DNA of 64,000 nucleotides. Origin: an uncultured bacterium (GTDB taxonomy: Bacteria > DYJV01). Under the pieces are notes generated by a model. It did not search any database, was not told the origin of the DNA, and worked only from the letters and a program-made list of their open reading frames with translations. Below, piece by piece: positions 8,976 to 18,945 of the stretch (position 1 is the stretch's first letter; the number at the start of each line of letters is the position of its first letter). The stretch is taken from the NCBI GenBank assembly GCA_964543655.1, contig CAZIZE010000063.1, positions 23,020-87,019 on the forward strand, given 5' to 3'. A program made the translations under genes and the position numbers.

Positions 8976-10634
8976 TTATAAAATTGTACTTGCCTGATAT
9001 TCACCAAAAACATCTCTTAAAGTATCACAAATCTCCTGTAATGTTGCATAGGTTTTTACAGCTGAAAGTATAAAAGGAACTATATTTTTACCTTCTGATG
9101 CAGCTATTTTTAATTCATTGAGGCTCTCTTTTACTTTATTATTATCTCTCTCTGCTTTAACTTTTTTTAGTTTTTCTACTTGAAATTTTTCAACTTCTTC
9201 ATCTATTTTCAACAACTCTTTTTTATCTTCTTCTTCTATTTGAAATTTATTAACTCCCACAACAATCTGCTCTAATTTTTCAACAGCTCTCTGATATTTA
9301 TACGCACTGTCACTAATCTCCTGATGGACAAAACCTGTTTCAATTGCTTTAATCATTCCACCTATATCATCTATTTTTTGAATATATTCCATTGCTCTTT
9401 CTTCAATTTCATCTGTTAATTTTTCTACCATATAAGACCCTGCAAATGGATCAATGCTATCTGCAACTCCACTTTCATAAGCGATAATTTGCTGGGTTCT
9501 TAATGCAATTCTCACAGAATCCTCCGTAGGAAGAGAGAGAGCTTCATCTCTTGAATTTGTATGAAGAGACTGAGTCCCGCCAAGTACAGCAGCAAGAGCC
9601 TGTAAAGTAACTCTAATAACATTATTGTCAGGTTGCTGTGCTGTTAAAGTAGAGCCTGCTGTCTGAGTATGAAATCTTAGCATCATAGAACGAGGATTTT
9701 TGGCTTTAAATCTTTCTTTCATAATTTTTGCCCATAATCTTCTTGCAGCTCTAAATTTTGCAATTTCTTCAATAAAATTATTATGAGCATTAAAGAAAAA
9801 GGAAAGACGTTGAGCAAAAGAATCAACATCAAGACCTGCTTTAATTGCAGCATCAACATAAGCAATGCCATCAGCAAGTGTAAAAGCAACTTCTTGAACA
9901 GCACTTGAACCTGCCTCTCTAATATGGTACCCACTAATTGATATTGTATTCCATTTTGGCAGATTGTCCTTACAATACTCAAAAATATCTGTAATAATCT
10001 TCATTGATTCTTTTGGTGGAAAAATATATGTTCCTCTTGCAAAGTACTCTTTTAACACATCATTTTGAATTGTGCCTCTTAATTTCTCAATGGCAACCCC
10101 CTGCTTTTCTGCAACTGCAATATACATTGATAATAAAATTGAAGCAGGAGAATTTATTGTCATTGAAGTACTAACCTTGCCAAGGTCAATTCCATCAAAA
10201 AGAATTTCCATATCTTTAAGACTATCTATTGCTACTCCAACTTTTCCCACTTCTCCAGAGGATAATTCACTATCAGAATCATAACCAATCTGAGTTGGAA
10301 GGTCAAAAGCCACTGATAGACCAGTTTGCCCCTGTTCAAGAAGATATTTGTATCTTTTATTTGTTTCTTCAGCAGTCCCAAATCCAGCATATTGCCTCAT
10401 TGTCCAGAATCTACCTCTATACATTGTAGGCTGTACACCTCTTGTAAAGGGGTATAATCCTGGAAAACCCACTTCATCAGCATAATCTTTCCCTTGAATA
10501 TCCTCAGGAGTGTAGAGTCTTTTGATTTCAATTTCAGATGTTGTTTGAAAAGTCTCTCTCCTTTCAGGATATTTTGAAAGAGCCTTTTCTACTGATTGTT
10601 CCCATTGTTTCTTTAATTCTTTGTAATCACCCAT
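8976..10634 (-). CDS. Methylmalonyl-CoA mutase, catalytic large subunit
   Basis: TIM-barrel mutase domain motifs ([37 protein letters not shown]...[14 protein letters not shown]...); forms a split mutase with the small subunit. Confidence 0.9.
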   Translation of the reverse strand: MGDYKELKKQWEQSVEKALSKYPERRETFQTTSEIEIKRLYTPEDIQGKDYADEVGFPGLYPFTRGVQPTMYRGRFWTMRQYAGFGTAEETNKRYKYLLEQGQTGLSVAFDLPTQIGYDSDSELSSGEVGKVGVAIDSLKDMEILFDGIDLGKVSTSMTINSPASILLSMYIAVAEKQGVAIEKLRGTIQNDVLKEYFARGTYIFPPKESMKIITDIFEYCKDNLPKWNTISISGYHIREAGSSAVQEVAFTLADGIAYVDAAIKAGLDVDSFAQRLSFFFNAHNNFIEEIAKFRAARRLWAKIMKERFKAKNPRSMMLRFHTQTAGSTLTAQQPDNNVIRVTLQALAAVLGGTQSLHTNSRDEALSLPTEDSVRIALRTQQIIAYESGVADSIDPFAGSYMVEKLTDEIEERAMEYIQKIDDIGGMIKAIETGFVHQEISDSAYKYQRAVEKLEQIVVGVNKFQIEEEDKKELLKIDEEVEKFQVEKLKKVKAERDNNKVKESLNELKIAASEGKNIVPFILSAVKTYATLQEICDTLRDVFGEYQASTIL

Positions 10635-10776
10635 TTTTAGCCCCTCTTTGTTTGTTTTCTAATTTTTTAAATACTTTTATAACAACTTTGTTGTACAATA
10701 TTTTGCTAATACCAATACTAACTATTAGACCAAGTATTAAAAAAATTATTTTCAGAAAAAAGTAAAGTATCTGCAT
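10627..10776 (-). CDS. Possible 49-aa single-pass membrane ORF between the carboxyltransferase and mutase genes (speculative)
   Basis: ATG...TGA frame [49 protein letters not shown]; its stop overlaps the mutase start; no convincing Shine-Dalgarno sequence. Position recalls small OadG/MmdD-type subunits. Confidence 0.2.
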   Translation of the reverse strand: MQILYFFLKIIFLILGLIVSIGISKILYNKVVIKVFKKLENKQRGAKNG

Positions 10777-10781
10777 TATTT

Positions 10782-12335
10782 TTACAATGGAATATTACCA
10801 TGCTTTTTCCATGGATTTTCATCCTTTTTATTTTTTAGCGATTCAAATGATTTAATCAAAATTTTCCTTGTATCCTCTGGTTTTATAACAGCATCTATAT
10901 ATCCAAGATTTGCTCCTTTGTATGGATTTGCAAATTTATCTCTATACTCTTTAATTAATTCTTGCCTTCTCTGCTCAGGATTATCTGAGTTTTGCAATTC
11001 TTTTCTAAAAACTATGTTAATAGCTCCTTCAGGTCCCATTACAGAAATTTCTGCTGTTGGATATGCAAAAACATAATCTCCTCTTAAATGCCTTGGATTC
11101 ATTGCACAATATGCACCGCCGTAAGCCTTTCTTGTAATTACAGTAATTTTAGGTACTGTTGCTTCAGCAAATGCAAAGATAATTTTAGCACCATGTCTAA
11201 TAATTCCACCATATTCCTGATTAGTTCCAGGTAGGTAACCAGGAACATCTTCAAGCACAAGAAGGGGAATATTAAAGCAATCACATGTTCTAACAAATCT
11301 TGCACATTTATCAGCAGAATTAATATCAAGGCAACCTGCAAGCCATGCTGGCTGATTGGCAATAACTCCAACGGCCTCACCATTTAATCTAATAAAACCA
11401 ACAATCATGTTAGCAGCAAATTTGGGCTGAATTTCAAGAAATTTGCCATTGTCTGCTATTAATTTAATAACCTTTTTCATATCATAAGGAACTTTTGGAT
11501 TAGCTGGAACAACTTTATTTAATTCAGGTATAACTTTATCAGGGGCATCATTGCAAGTTTCAACAGGAGGTTTCTCTCTGTTATTCTGAGGTAAGTAACT
11601 GAGAAGTTCCTTAACCTTTGCTATTGTGTCTTCGTCATTTTTTCCTGCAAGGTGTACATTTCCTGATTTTGTCATATGGGTATTAGCTCCACCAAGTGTC
11701 TCATGGTCAACATCTTCACTTGTAACTGCTTTAATAACCTGAGGACCTGTTATGTACATGTAGCTTGTTTTTTCAGTCATAATAATAAAATCCATTATTG
11801 CAGGAGAGTAAACTGCACCACCAGCACATGGACCTAAAATTGCAGAAATTTGAGGAATAACACCAGAGTACAAAGTATTTCTTTTGAAAATCTCAGCATA
11901 ACCTGCAAGAGCAGTTATCCCTTCTTGAATTCTTGCACCACCAGAGTCATTAAGCCCAACAATAGGTGCTCCATTTTTTGCTGCCATATCCATAACTTTG
12001 CATATCTTTTCAGCATGGGTTAGAGATAAAGAACCACCAAGCACTGTAAAATCTTGGGCAAATGCATAAACTAACCTTCCATTTACCTTGCCAAAACCTG
12101 TAACAACACCATCTCCAAGAAATTTATTTTTCTCCATACCAAAATCTGTACATCTATGAACTACAAATTTTCCAACTTCTTCAAAAGTGCCTTCATCAAA
12201 AAATTTGGATAGTCGTTCCCTTGCAGTTAATTTTCCAGACTTATGCTGTTTTTCAATTCTCTTTTCCCCACCGCCTGCTTCTGCTTCACTATTTAACTGC
12301 TCTAATTTTTCAATAAATTCAGTGTAATCACTCAT
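10782..12335 (-). CDS. Methylmalonyl-CoA carboxyltransferase / propionyl-CoA carboxylase beta-subunit family
   Basis: Full-length carboxyltransferase N and C domains (GKLTARERLSKFFDEG...; VPKITVITRKAYGGAYCAM). Confidence 0.9.
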   Translation of the reverse strand: MSDYTEFIEKLEQLNSEAEAGGGEKRIEKQHKSGKLTARERLSKFFDEGTFEEVGKFVVHRCTDFGMEKNKFLGDGVVTGFGKVNGRLVYAFAQDFTVLGGSLSLTHAEKICKVMDMAAKNGAPIVGLNDSGGARIQEGITALAGYAEIFKRNTLYSGVIPQISAILGPCAGGAVYSPAIMDFIIMTEKTSYMYITGPQVIKAVTSEDVDHETLGGANTHMTKSGNVHLAGKNDEDTIAKVKELLSYLPQNNREKPPVETCNDAPDKVIPELNKVVPANPKVPYDMKKVIKLIADNGKFLEIQPKFAANMIVGFIRLNGEAVGVIANQPAWLAGCLDINSADKCARFVRTCDCFNIPLLVLEDVPGYLPGTNQEYGGIIRHGAKIIFAFAEATVPKITVITRKAYGGAYCAMNPRHLRGDYVFAYPTAEISVMGPEGAINIVFRKELQNSDNPEQRRQELIKEYRDKFANPYKGANLGYIDAVIKPEDTRKILIKSFESLKNKKDENPWKKHGNIPL

Positions 12336-12481
12336 AAAATACCTCCATTTATTTTTATATTGAAATTATCAATGTATACAATATATTTTTAAAAAATTCA
12401 ATATTAATTTAACAGTTAACTGGAAGATTTTACATTGATTCAAAGTTCAGTTTTTGCTGATGTTTAAGGAAGTTGCTGAAT

Positions 12482-13561
12482 TTAAAATTTTTTTGCAACT
12501 TCTATTACTGATTTATCAAGGTATTTTGACAATTGAAAATTATTTTCTGGAGCAAAGTTAAAAACTTTTTTCCATACCTTCCTATTTTCCATGCAAAAAT
12601 AGAGTGGAACAATTTTACTCCTTTTTCTAATAAAAGAGACAATTTTTTTATAAAGTTCTATTCTTCTTTGTATAAAATATCTAAACTTGCCATCAAGGCC
12701 TGTATGAAATTCATTGTAGTAAATTTTGGTATTTGGAAATCTTTTAGTGGCAATATCCTTTAAAGCTGGTATAAATCTGAGACAACCTAAGCTAATCCAG
12801 CAAATATTTTTATCAGGAATATTGTCAAAAAGTAGATTTACAACTTTTTCATAATCTTTTTCGCAATCAGGATAATCAATTATAGGATCAAAGTGAAATG
12901 AATTTATAAAACCATTTTCAAAAGCCAATTTTGCAAGTTTAATCCTATGTTCAATTGAAGATGTTAGAAGCTCTTCTTTTCTATTAACTGAAAATGTGTT
13001 TAAAGAAAATGAAATAATGATTCTCCTGTTATGTGATGAGTAGTTTAAAAAATCTTTATCAATATATTTGCTTTTTAATTCTAAAAACATTTTTTTTGAT
13101 TTTGAAAAAAAAGGTATTAAGATTTCATTCCATTTACCAAATTTTTGCAATGCAAAGCTATCTGTAAATTCTCCTGTGCCAACCCTTACTATTTTTCTTT
13201 GCTTTTCAGCATACTCGAGCTCTTCCATCATTTTGTCAATATTTGTAAAAATTGTTAAATAAGGATTTTGAAAATATATTTGTAAAATACAATAACTGCA
13301 ATCCATCGGGCAATGCTCAGCTATGTGTAACACATTGTAAAGACAGCAGAGATATATAGGAGTGCCAGGGCACTTTTTTAAAAAGTTTTGTTTATTTTCA
13401 CACAGATAGATTATTTTTTTTCCATGATTAAGAGTAGTTGTAGGTGGCAGTGAGTCTACAATTTTGTAAGGAGTTCTTTTTAGAATTTTTAATGTATTTT
13501 TAGCAATTTCTGAGTCTACAGAATCTTTATGTATGTATATTTTTTCAATTGAAAAGCTCAT
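12482..13561 (-). CDS. Radical SAM protein, spore-photoproduct-lyase / COG1533-like
   Basis: CxxxCxxC cluster motif CPMDCSYCILQ; size and layout like SplB-type DNA repair radical SAM enzymes. Confidence 0.55.
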   Translation of the reverse strand: MSFSIEKIYIHKDSVDSEIAKNTLKILKRTPYKIVDSLPPTTTLNHGKKIIYLCENKQNFLKKCPGTPIYLCCLYNVLHIAEHCPMDCSYCILQIYFQNPYLTIFTNIDKMMEELEYAEKQRKIVRVGTGEFTDSFALQKFGKWNEILIPFFSKSKKMFLELKSKYIDKDFLNYSSHNRRIIISFSLNTFSVNRKEELLTSSIEHRIKLAKLAFENGFINSFHFDPIIDYPDCEKDYEKVVNLLFDNIPDKNICWISLGCLRFIPALKDIATKRFPNTKIYYNEFHTGLDGKFRYFIQRRIELYKKIVSFIRKRSKIVPLYFCMENRKVWKKVFNFAPENNFQLSKYLDKSVIEVAKKF

Positions 13562-14474
13562 TATACTCCTGCTCTTTTAATAAACATTCTATATTTTTTT
13601 CAATTAACTTCAATTTCTTTAAAAGCTCATCTAAGTTTGAAAAAAAAATCTCAATTTTAAAATTTTCATCTTCAAAAAGAGATGGTGAATAGCAATTTAC
13701 CTTGCTTAAACCTTTTCCTATAAATGATTTTTTAAAATCATTAAATTTAAGATTAAATTTGTAGAAATTGGGGCTGTGAATGGAAATTAGTTTATCAAAA
13801 AAATCTATTTCAAGTTTTTTTGTATACGGTTCATTTATAAATTTGCTGAAAAATTCCTCAATTAATTTATCAATGCTTAAATCCTTTCTTTTAGAAAGGT
13901 CAAATAGCATTTCAAACACTCGCTTCTGTTTGTTATTATTAAGTTTTAGATTATCAAATAATTTTAATATATAATTTTGTGCTTTTTCATTTATTTTAGA
14001 GAGCTTTAAACCTATATTTTTATTTAACGTATTGTTAATATATCTTATTTTTGCATCTAATGTTAAATTTTGAAGAGTTAAGTATTTTTCAACTATTTTA
14101 TCAGAATATTTAATTTCCAAACAATTAAAAACCTTTTTAATTAACTCCAAGCTATTGTTGAAGTATTTATTGATAACTTTTAAAATATTTGAAATTTCAA
14201 TGTCGTTAAAATCCCTAAATGCATTTTTTTTGCAATATTCAAGTAAAATTTCTTCATTAGTAAAAGATTTTTCAATTATTGAATAAGGAAAATCTTTGAT
14301 TTTATAAATTTTTACCCTCTTGTAGCCATCAACTATATAGAAAGAATTTTCTCTTTTTAACAAAATGATAGGTTGTTGAATACCAATTTTTTCAACTGAC
14401 TCTTTTAATTTTTTGAAATCATCTGCACCAGTAAAAGAAATTTCATCAAGAAATTCAAATTTTTTGATTTCCAT
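13545..14474 (-). CDS. ParB/Srx-fold N-terminal domain protein (ParB-like nuclease domain), function unknown
   Basis: N-terminus GIQQPIILLKRENSFYIVDGYKRVKIYK resembles the ParB N-domain signature (PI.V...Y.ii.G.rR); overlaps the radical SAM gene by 17 nt. Confidence 0.45.
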   Translation of the reverse strand: MEIKKFEFLDEISFTGADDFKKLKESVEKIGIQQPIILLKRENSFYIVDGYKRVKIYKIKDFPYSIIEKSFTNEEILLEYCKKNAFRDFNDIEISNILKVINKYFNNSLELIKKVFNCLEIKYSDKIVEKYLTLQNLTLDAKIRYINNTLNKNIGLKLSKINEKAQNYILKLFDNLKLNNNKQKRVFEMLFDLSKRKDLSIDKLIEEFFSKFINEPYTKKLEIDFFDKLISIHSPNFYKFNLKFNDFKKSFIGKGLSKVNCYSPSLFEDENFKIEIFFSNLDELLKKLKLIEKNIECLLKEQEYNELFN

Positions 14475-15300
14475 ACTTTTCCCTTAATTTTTTTAATAAA
14501 GCTTTATATTTTAAATATTCTTCTATTTTTCCCCTTTTTAATGCTCCATTTGTATAAATATCTATTTTTTTTCTTAAAACATTTAAAAGAGCTTTTTTCT
14601 TTAAATTATCTAATTGTTGCTCATTTAATAATTTTAATAGAGAGTAAATTCTATATTTATCTATAGCAGGGATTTTTGAAAGTTGATTGTCATGGCCACC
14701 TCTTTTTACAATTAATTTCTCATTTAAAAGCCCAACTTTATATTTTAATGAAACTCTTAGCCATAAGTCATAATCTTCGCAGGCAATTAAATTTTCATCA
14801 AAGTAGCCAATATCATTAAAAACATCTCTATGTATTAATACAGCAGAGGGGCTGACAATACAAAGCTCCAATGATTTAAAAAAAATATCACCCTCTATTT
14901 TTTTATGTTTTTTTTTTGGGTTAACAAATCTATTTTTTCTCAACCAGAATTCATCTGTCTGGCATATTTTAAAATTTTTCTCCTGCATGTATTTTATCTG
15001 CTTTTCAAGTTTATCTGGAAGCCAGTAATCATCTGAATCAAGCAATGCAATATATTCCCCCTTTGAAAGTTTAATACCTTTATTCCTTGAAAAACTTACA
15101 CCTCTATTACTACTGTTATAGAAGTAAAAAATTTTTTTATTGTCAATTAATTTGAATATAGAAAAATATGTGTCATCTGTTGAAGCATCATCAATAATAA
15201 TTAGCTGCCAATTTTTGTATGTCTGATTTAAAACAGACATAACAGCATGATAAATATAACTCTCCCTATTATAAACAGGAATTATAACAGAAACAAGCAT
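14455..15300 (-). CDS. Family 2 glycosyltransferase
   Basis: MLVSVIIPVYNRESYIYHAVMSVLNQTYKNWQLIIIDDASTDDT, canonical GT2 N-terminus with DxD. Confidence 0.8.
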   Translation of the reverse strand: MLVSVIIPVYNRESYIYHAVMSVLNQTYKNWQLIIIDDASTDDTYFSIFKLIDNKKIFYFYNSSNRGVSFSRNKGIKLSKGEYIALLDSDDYWLPDKLEKQIKYMQEKNFKICQTDEFWLRKNRFVNPKKKHKKIEGDIFFKSLELCIVSPSAVLIHRDVFNDIGYFDENLIACEDYDLWLRVSLKYKVGLLNEKLIVKRGGHDNQLSKIPAIDKYRIYSLLKLLNEQQLDNLKKKALLNVLRKKIDIYTNGALKRGKIEEYLKYKALLKKLREKYGNQKI

Positions 15301-15845
15301 TATTTTACTTCTTTAAAAAAAGTGTAAAAATATTTTACTCCAGAGGTTATTGTTAAAACAAGGGAGATGTATAGAAAAAAGTAGCCAATTGCTTTGGAGT
15401 TTAAACCAAGAAAGGGGTAATAAATAATAAGTGGTATTAATGCTGCTATCTGATAGCCAACTTTGTTTTTACCAGATGGTGATGCCTGAATAACAATACC
15501 TTCTGTTGCAGCAATTGCCCTCAATCCTGTAACTGCAAATTCTCTTGACAAAATAACAATTGCTACCCAGGCTGGCACTCTGTTAAGATGAACGAGCATT
15601 ATAAGAGCTGCAAGAACCATTAATTTATCTGCAAGTGGGTCTATAAATTTGCCAAATGTAGTTACCTGATTATATTTCCTTGCAATATAGCCATCAAAAA
15701 AATCTGTTATAAAAGCAAGAGAAAAAATAATTCCAGCTATTAAAGAAGTTACCCTGTTTTCAAAGTAGAGTAATATAACAACTGGAATTATTGAAATAAT
15801 TCTTGAAAAAGTAAGGCAATTTGAAATATTAAAAAAATTTTTCAT
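15300..15845 (-). CDS. CDP-alcohol phosphatidyltransferase (PgsA-like)
   Basis: CDP-OH_P_transf motif DGYIARKYNQVTTFGKFIDPLADK; start moved to the first in-frame ATG, since the longer ORF begins with a non-ATG start. Confidence 0.75.
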   Translation of the reverse strand: MKNFFNISNCLTFSRIISIIPVVILLYFENRVTSLIAGIIFSLAFITDFFDGYIARKYNQVTTFGKFIDPLADKLMVLAALIMLVHLNRVPAWVAIVILSREFAVTGLRAIAATEGIVIQASPSGKNKVGYQIAALIPLIIYYPFLGLNSKAIGYFFLYISLVLTITSGVKYFYTFFKEVK

Positions 15846-16479
15846 TATGCAAAAATTGCTTGTAAAGAGAGAGAACTTTATGCAAATATCTTCGTGTCTC
15901 CGGATATGGTGGCACACCATTATACCTGGTTACTGAATTTTCACCAGCATTGTATGCAGCAAGTGCTAACTTTGTATTACCATTGAACTTTTTTAATAGA
16001 TATTTCAGGTATCTTGCACCACCACGGATATTTTCCTCTATGTTGTTCAAATTTTTTACACCAAATCGTGAGGCTGTTTCTGGCATTAACTGCATTACTC
16101 CAACTGCACCTTTATTAGACACAACATTATGCTGTAGGTTTGACTCAACAAGAGCTACTGATTTTAATAATTTATAGTCAATGTTGTAGTCTTGTGCTAC
16201 CTTTTTTAAAATATGGATAACATTGGGTAAATTGTAACTTTTAACAATATTGAATTTTACAGGTTTTAGCTTAATCTTTTTAACTACTTTATACTCTTTG
16301 TTAATATGGACACTTGTAATATTAGTAAGCAAAATATTGCCATTACTGTTTTTGTAAATATACAAATCCTCTGAGTGTAGAGTTATTATTGTAAACAGTA
16401 ATAGAGAAATACTAAGAGTTAAGCTTTTCTTTAAGCTCTTTGCCAACTTTAAAAAAAGGCAATTTCTTTTCTGATACAT
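15829..16479 (-). CDS. Lytic transglycosylase (SLT domain) with signal peptide
   Basis: SLT catalytic region ALVESNLQ...GAVGVMQLMPETA...AAYNAGENSV. The start is uncertain: the ATG ORF overlaps the IHF gene by 68 nt, and a TTG at 16446 gives the signal peptide MAKSLKKSLTLSISLLLF. Confidence 0.75.
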   Translation of the reverse strand: MYQKRNCLFLKLAKSLKKSLTLSISLLLFTIITLHSEDLYIYKNSNGNILLTNITSVHINKEYKVVKKIKLKPVKFNIVKSYNLPNVIHILKKVAQDYNIDYKLLKSVALVESNLQHNVVSNKGAVGVMQLMPETASRFGVKNLNNIEENIRGGARYLKYLLKKFNGNTKLALAAYNAGENSVTRYNGVPPYPETRRYLHKVLSLYKQFLHNEKFF

Positions 16480-16687
16480 GGATCACCTCCCCAGTTCTGG
16501 GGTTCCTCCCTTCGTACGGTTTGTACTGCTTAACTTTAAAAGTGCCAAAGCCTCTAATCTCTACTTTATCACCATTTACAAGTGCCTCTTTCATACTGTC
16601 AAAAACTATGTCAACTATCTCCTCAGCTATCTTCCTTTTAAGGTTTTCTTTTTCTGCAAGCTTTTTAACAATTTCAGATTTTGTCAT
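16412..16687 (-). CDS. HU/IHF-family DNA-binding protein (IHF-beta-like)
   Basis: MTKSEIVKKLAEK...GDKVEIRGFGTFKVKQYKPYEGRNPRTGEVIHV is a canonical HU/IHF fold with the beta-arm. Confidence 0.85.
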   Translation of the reverse strand: MTKSEIVKKLAEKENLKRKIAEEIVDIVFDSMKEALVNGDKVEIRGFGTFKVKQYKPYEGRNPRTGEVIHVSEKKLPFFKVGKELKEKLNS

Positions 16688-16802
16688 AATTATACTCCTT
16701 TCATTTCAGTAAGTTAATGGTCAGGTGTGCGGTATTAATATCAATTTAATTTTTTGTCAAGTTTTTGTTGATTTTTTTTAAAAAATATTTTATTCATATA
16801 GT

Positions 16803-17555
16803 ATGAGAAAAATATCCATAATACTTCTATTTCTATTAATGAGTAGTTTTCTCTTTGCAGGAGACAATATTTTTAACAATTACCTTCTGCATCAGGAAAA
16901 TTTTAAAATAAAATATTATAATCCTGCACTTTCCATTATTGAAAATAACATAATTTCAGGAAAAATCAACCTTAAATTAGAAAATAAAAAAAGAGATTCA
17001 TTTGAAAATGACAAATTGCACAAATATTTTGATATTAAAAGTGAAAGTATCACACCTAATATTAAAATAAATCTTCCTGATGAATCTTCATTGAAAATTG
17101 GTTACAATGATGAAACTTCAGAATTTATACCTGTTGCTAAAAAGAAAGAGAGATTTTTAAAAAGAAGTTATAACTTTGACTTTGAGCAATATCTTGGTTA
17201 CAATATTGCCTCCAAGTTTTCATACATTTACCAGAAAGATTACTTTCAAAAACTTAATGATTTTAACCTTACAGAGAAAAAATACCAGATTAATATTACA
17301 AAATTTTTTAACAATAACAAGTTTGATTTCTTGTATCAATATATAGATACAAATGTTGCTGGAACCTATGAAAATATTTATATGCTTCAGGATGAAAAAA
17401 CTCAGAAATTTTCCTTTTCTTATGAAATATCATTTGATAGAAAATTTTCCCTTGTGCTACTTTACTCACTTGAACAAAATGAAAAAGATGATGATTTTAA
17501 TCAGGTAAATTATCTTTATACAGGTTTTAAATATATTTTTGACCTTAACAAATAA
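16803..17555 (+). CDS. Secreted/outer-membrane hypothetical protein
   Basis: N-terminal signal peptide (MRKISIILLFLLMSSFLFAG), beta-rich with aromatic residues, ends in an F-x-L-N-K-like OMP terminus. Confidence 0.4.
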   Translation: MRKISIILLFLLMSSFLFAGDNIFNNYLLHQENFKIKYYNPALSIIENNIISGKINLKLENKKRDSFENDKLHKYFDIKSESITPNIKINLPDESSLKIGYNDETSEFIPVAKKKERFLKRSYNFDFEQYLGYNIASKFSYIYQKDYFQKLNDFNLTEKKYQINITKFFNNNKFDFLYQYIDTNVAGTYENIYMLQDEKTQKFSFSYEISFDRKFSLVLLYSLEQNEKDDDFNQVNYLYTGFKYIFDLNK

Positions 17556-17566
17556 CCTCTCTTAAT

Positions 17567-18160
17567 ATGCTCAAACGATATTCTCATTACAAATTAATTA
17601 ATGGCAGTGTGGAAGTTGATGGAATTAGAATGCATCAAACTGCAAAAATAACACCTATTGAAGATACATTATACAAAATAAATTCAATACCAATAAAAAG
17701 TAGTTACAGGGTACTTGATATATGTACAGGTCTTGGTTACACCGCTATTTATTCAGCTAAGAAAGCTAAGATTGTATTTACAATTGATAATGATCCATAC
17801 ATGCTTGAAATAGCAAAGAAGAATCAAGCTTCATCTCAATTATTTACAGCAGAAAATATTATAAAAATTATTGCAAATGCAGAAGAGATTATAGAGACTT
17901 TTCCTGAAAACTATTTTGATGCTATTATTCATGATCCACCCCGACTTAAGAGAGCAGGTTTTTTATATTCTCAAGATTTTTATAATAATCTTTTTAAAGT
18001 TTTAAAATCTAACAGGCACCTGTTTCATTATACAGGTAAGCCTGGAGTAAAAGCAGGAAAAAATATTCCAGCAGGTGTAAAAAAACGTCTTATTAATGCT
18101 GGCTTTGTTAATGTAAAGTGGATTGAAAAAGCTCTTGGTTTTGCTGCTAAGAAGATTTAG
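17567..18160 (+). CDS. Class I SAM-dependent methyltransferase (amino-methyltransferase-like, DPPR motif)
   Basis: Motif I VLDICTGLGYTAI and motif IV IIHDPPRL. Confidence 0.6.
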   Translation: MLKRYSHYKLINGSVEVDGIRMHQTAKITPIEDTLYKINSIPIKSSYRVLDICTGLGYTAIYSAKKAKIVFTIDNDPYMLEIAKKNQASSQLFTAENIIKIIANAEEIIETFPENYFDAIIHDPPRLKRAGFLYSQDFYNNLFKVLKSNRHLFHYTGKPGVKAGKNIPAGVKKRLINAGFVNVKWIEKALGFAAKKI

Positions 18161-18927
18161 AAACTTCCTGATGCAATTAATGCAGCACCAAAAGCTCCAC
18201 AAAACTGAGGATTTTCAGGGATTAACACCTCACAGCCTGTTTTATTTTCAATAAGTTTTTTGATTATAGGGAAATTTGCAATTACTCCACCTGTTAAAAT
18301 AATAGAATCACCAAAAGTATCCATTTCTATTATTCTTTGACAAACTGAGTTAAAGATTCCTTTTGAAATATTTTCAACAGATTGTCCCTCTTTAATTAAT
18401 CTGATAATCTCTGTTTGTGCAAAAACAGTGCAAAAACTTGCAATAGTAATATCCTCAGTTGCTCTGTTTGCAAAATCTTCTAACTTGTTTAACTCTATCC
18501 CAAGTCTGTTTGCTGTTTCTTCAATAAAAGCTCCTGTACCTGCTGCACATTTTCTATTCATTTTAAAATTAAGTACACTTCCTGTTTCATCTATTGTAAT
18601 CACTTTATTATCCTGTCCACCTATATCTATTATTTTTCCAGGCTTTTTAAAATAGTAATATGCTCCTTTAGCATGACAAATTATCTCTGTTTTAAAGCTA
18701 TTTGCAAACTCAACATTTTTTCTACCATAACCTGATGAGACAATATTTTTAATATGTTCAATTTTTAGATTAGCTTTTCTAAGGAGGTTTTCTTTTAAAG
18801 TTCTACCTGCTTCTGAAAAGCTATAACCTGTTTTCACTAAATGTTTTGCAATAACTTTGCTCTGAGAATCAATTATTACACCTTTGCTCATAGATGAACC
18901 AAGATCTAATCCCATATAATATTCCAT
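18157..18927 (-). CDS. BadF/BadG/BcrA/BcrD-family ATPase (HgdC-like CoA-substrate-specific enzyme activase)
   Basis: GLDLGSSMSKGVII, DIGGQDNKVI, MNRKCAAGTGAFIE, SFCTVFAQTEIIRL, LTGGV all align to the 2-hydroxyglutaryl-CoA dehydratase activator family. Confidence 0.85.
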   Translation of the reverse strand: MEYYMGLDLGSSMSKGVIIDSQSKVIAKHLVKTGYSFSEAGRTLKENLLRKANLKIEHIKNIVSSGYGRKNVEFANSFKTEIICHAKGAYYYFKKPGKIIDIGGQDNKVITIDETGSVLNFKMNRKCAAGTGAFIEETANRLGIELNKLEDFANRATEDITIASFCTVFAQTEIIRLIKEGQSVENISKGIFNSVCQRIIEMDTFGDSIILTGGVIANFPIIKKLIENKTGCEVLIPENPQFCGAFGAALIASGSF

Positions 18928-18945
18928 TGTTGACCCCTATTAATT

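Noticed and set aside
12400-12420. The palindrome CAGTTAACTG downstream of the radical SAM gene as an operator or restriction-site cluster
   Set aside because: It is a single 10-bp palindrome containing an HpaI-like GTTAAC, with no second copy or adjacent regulator gene. There is not enough to call it.
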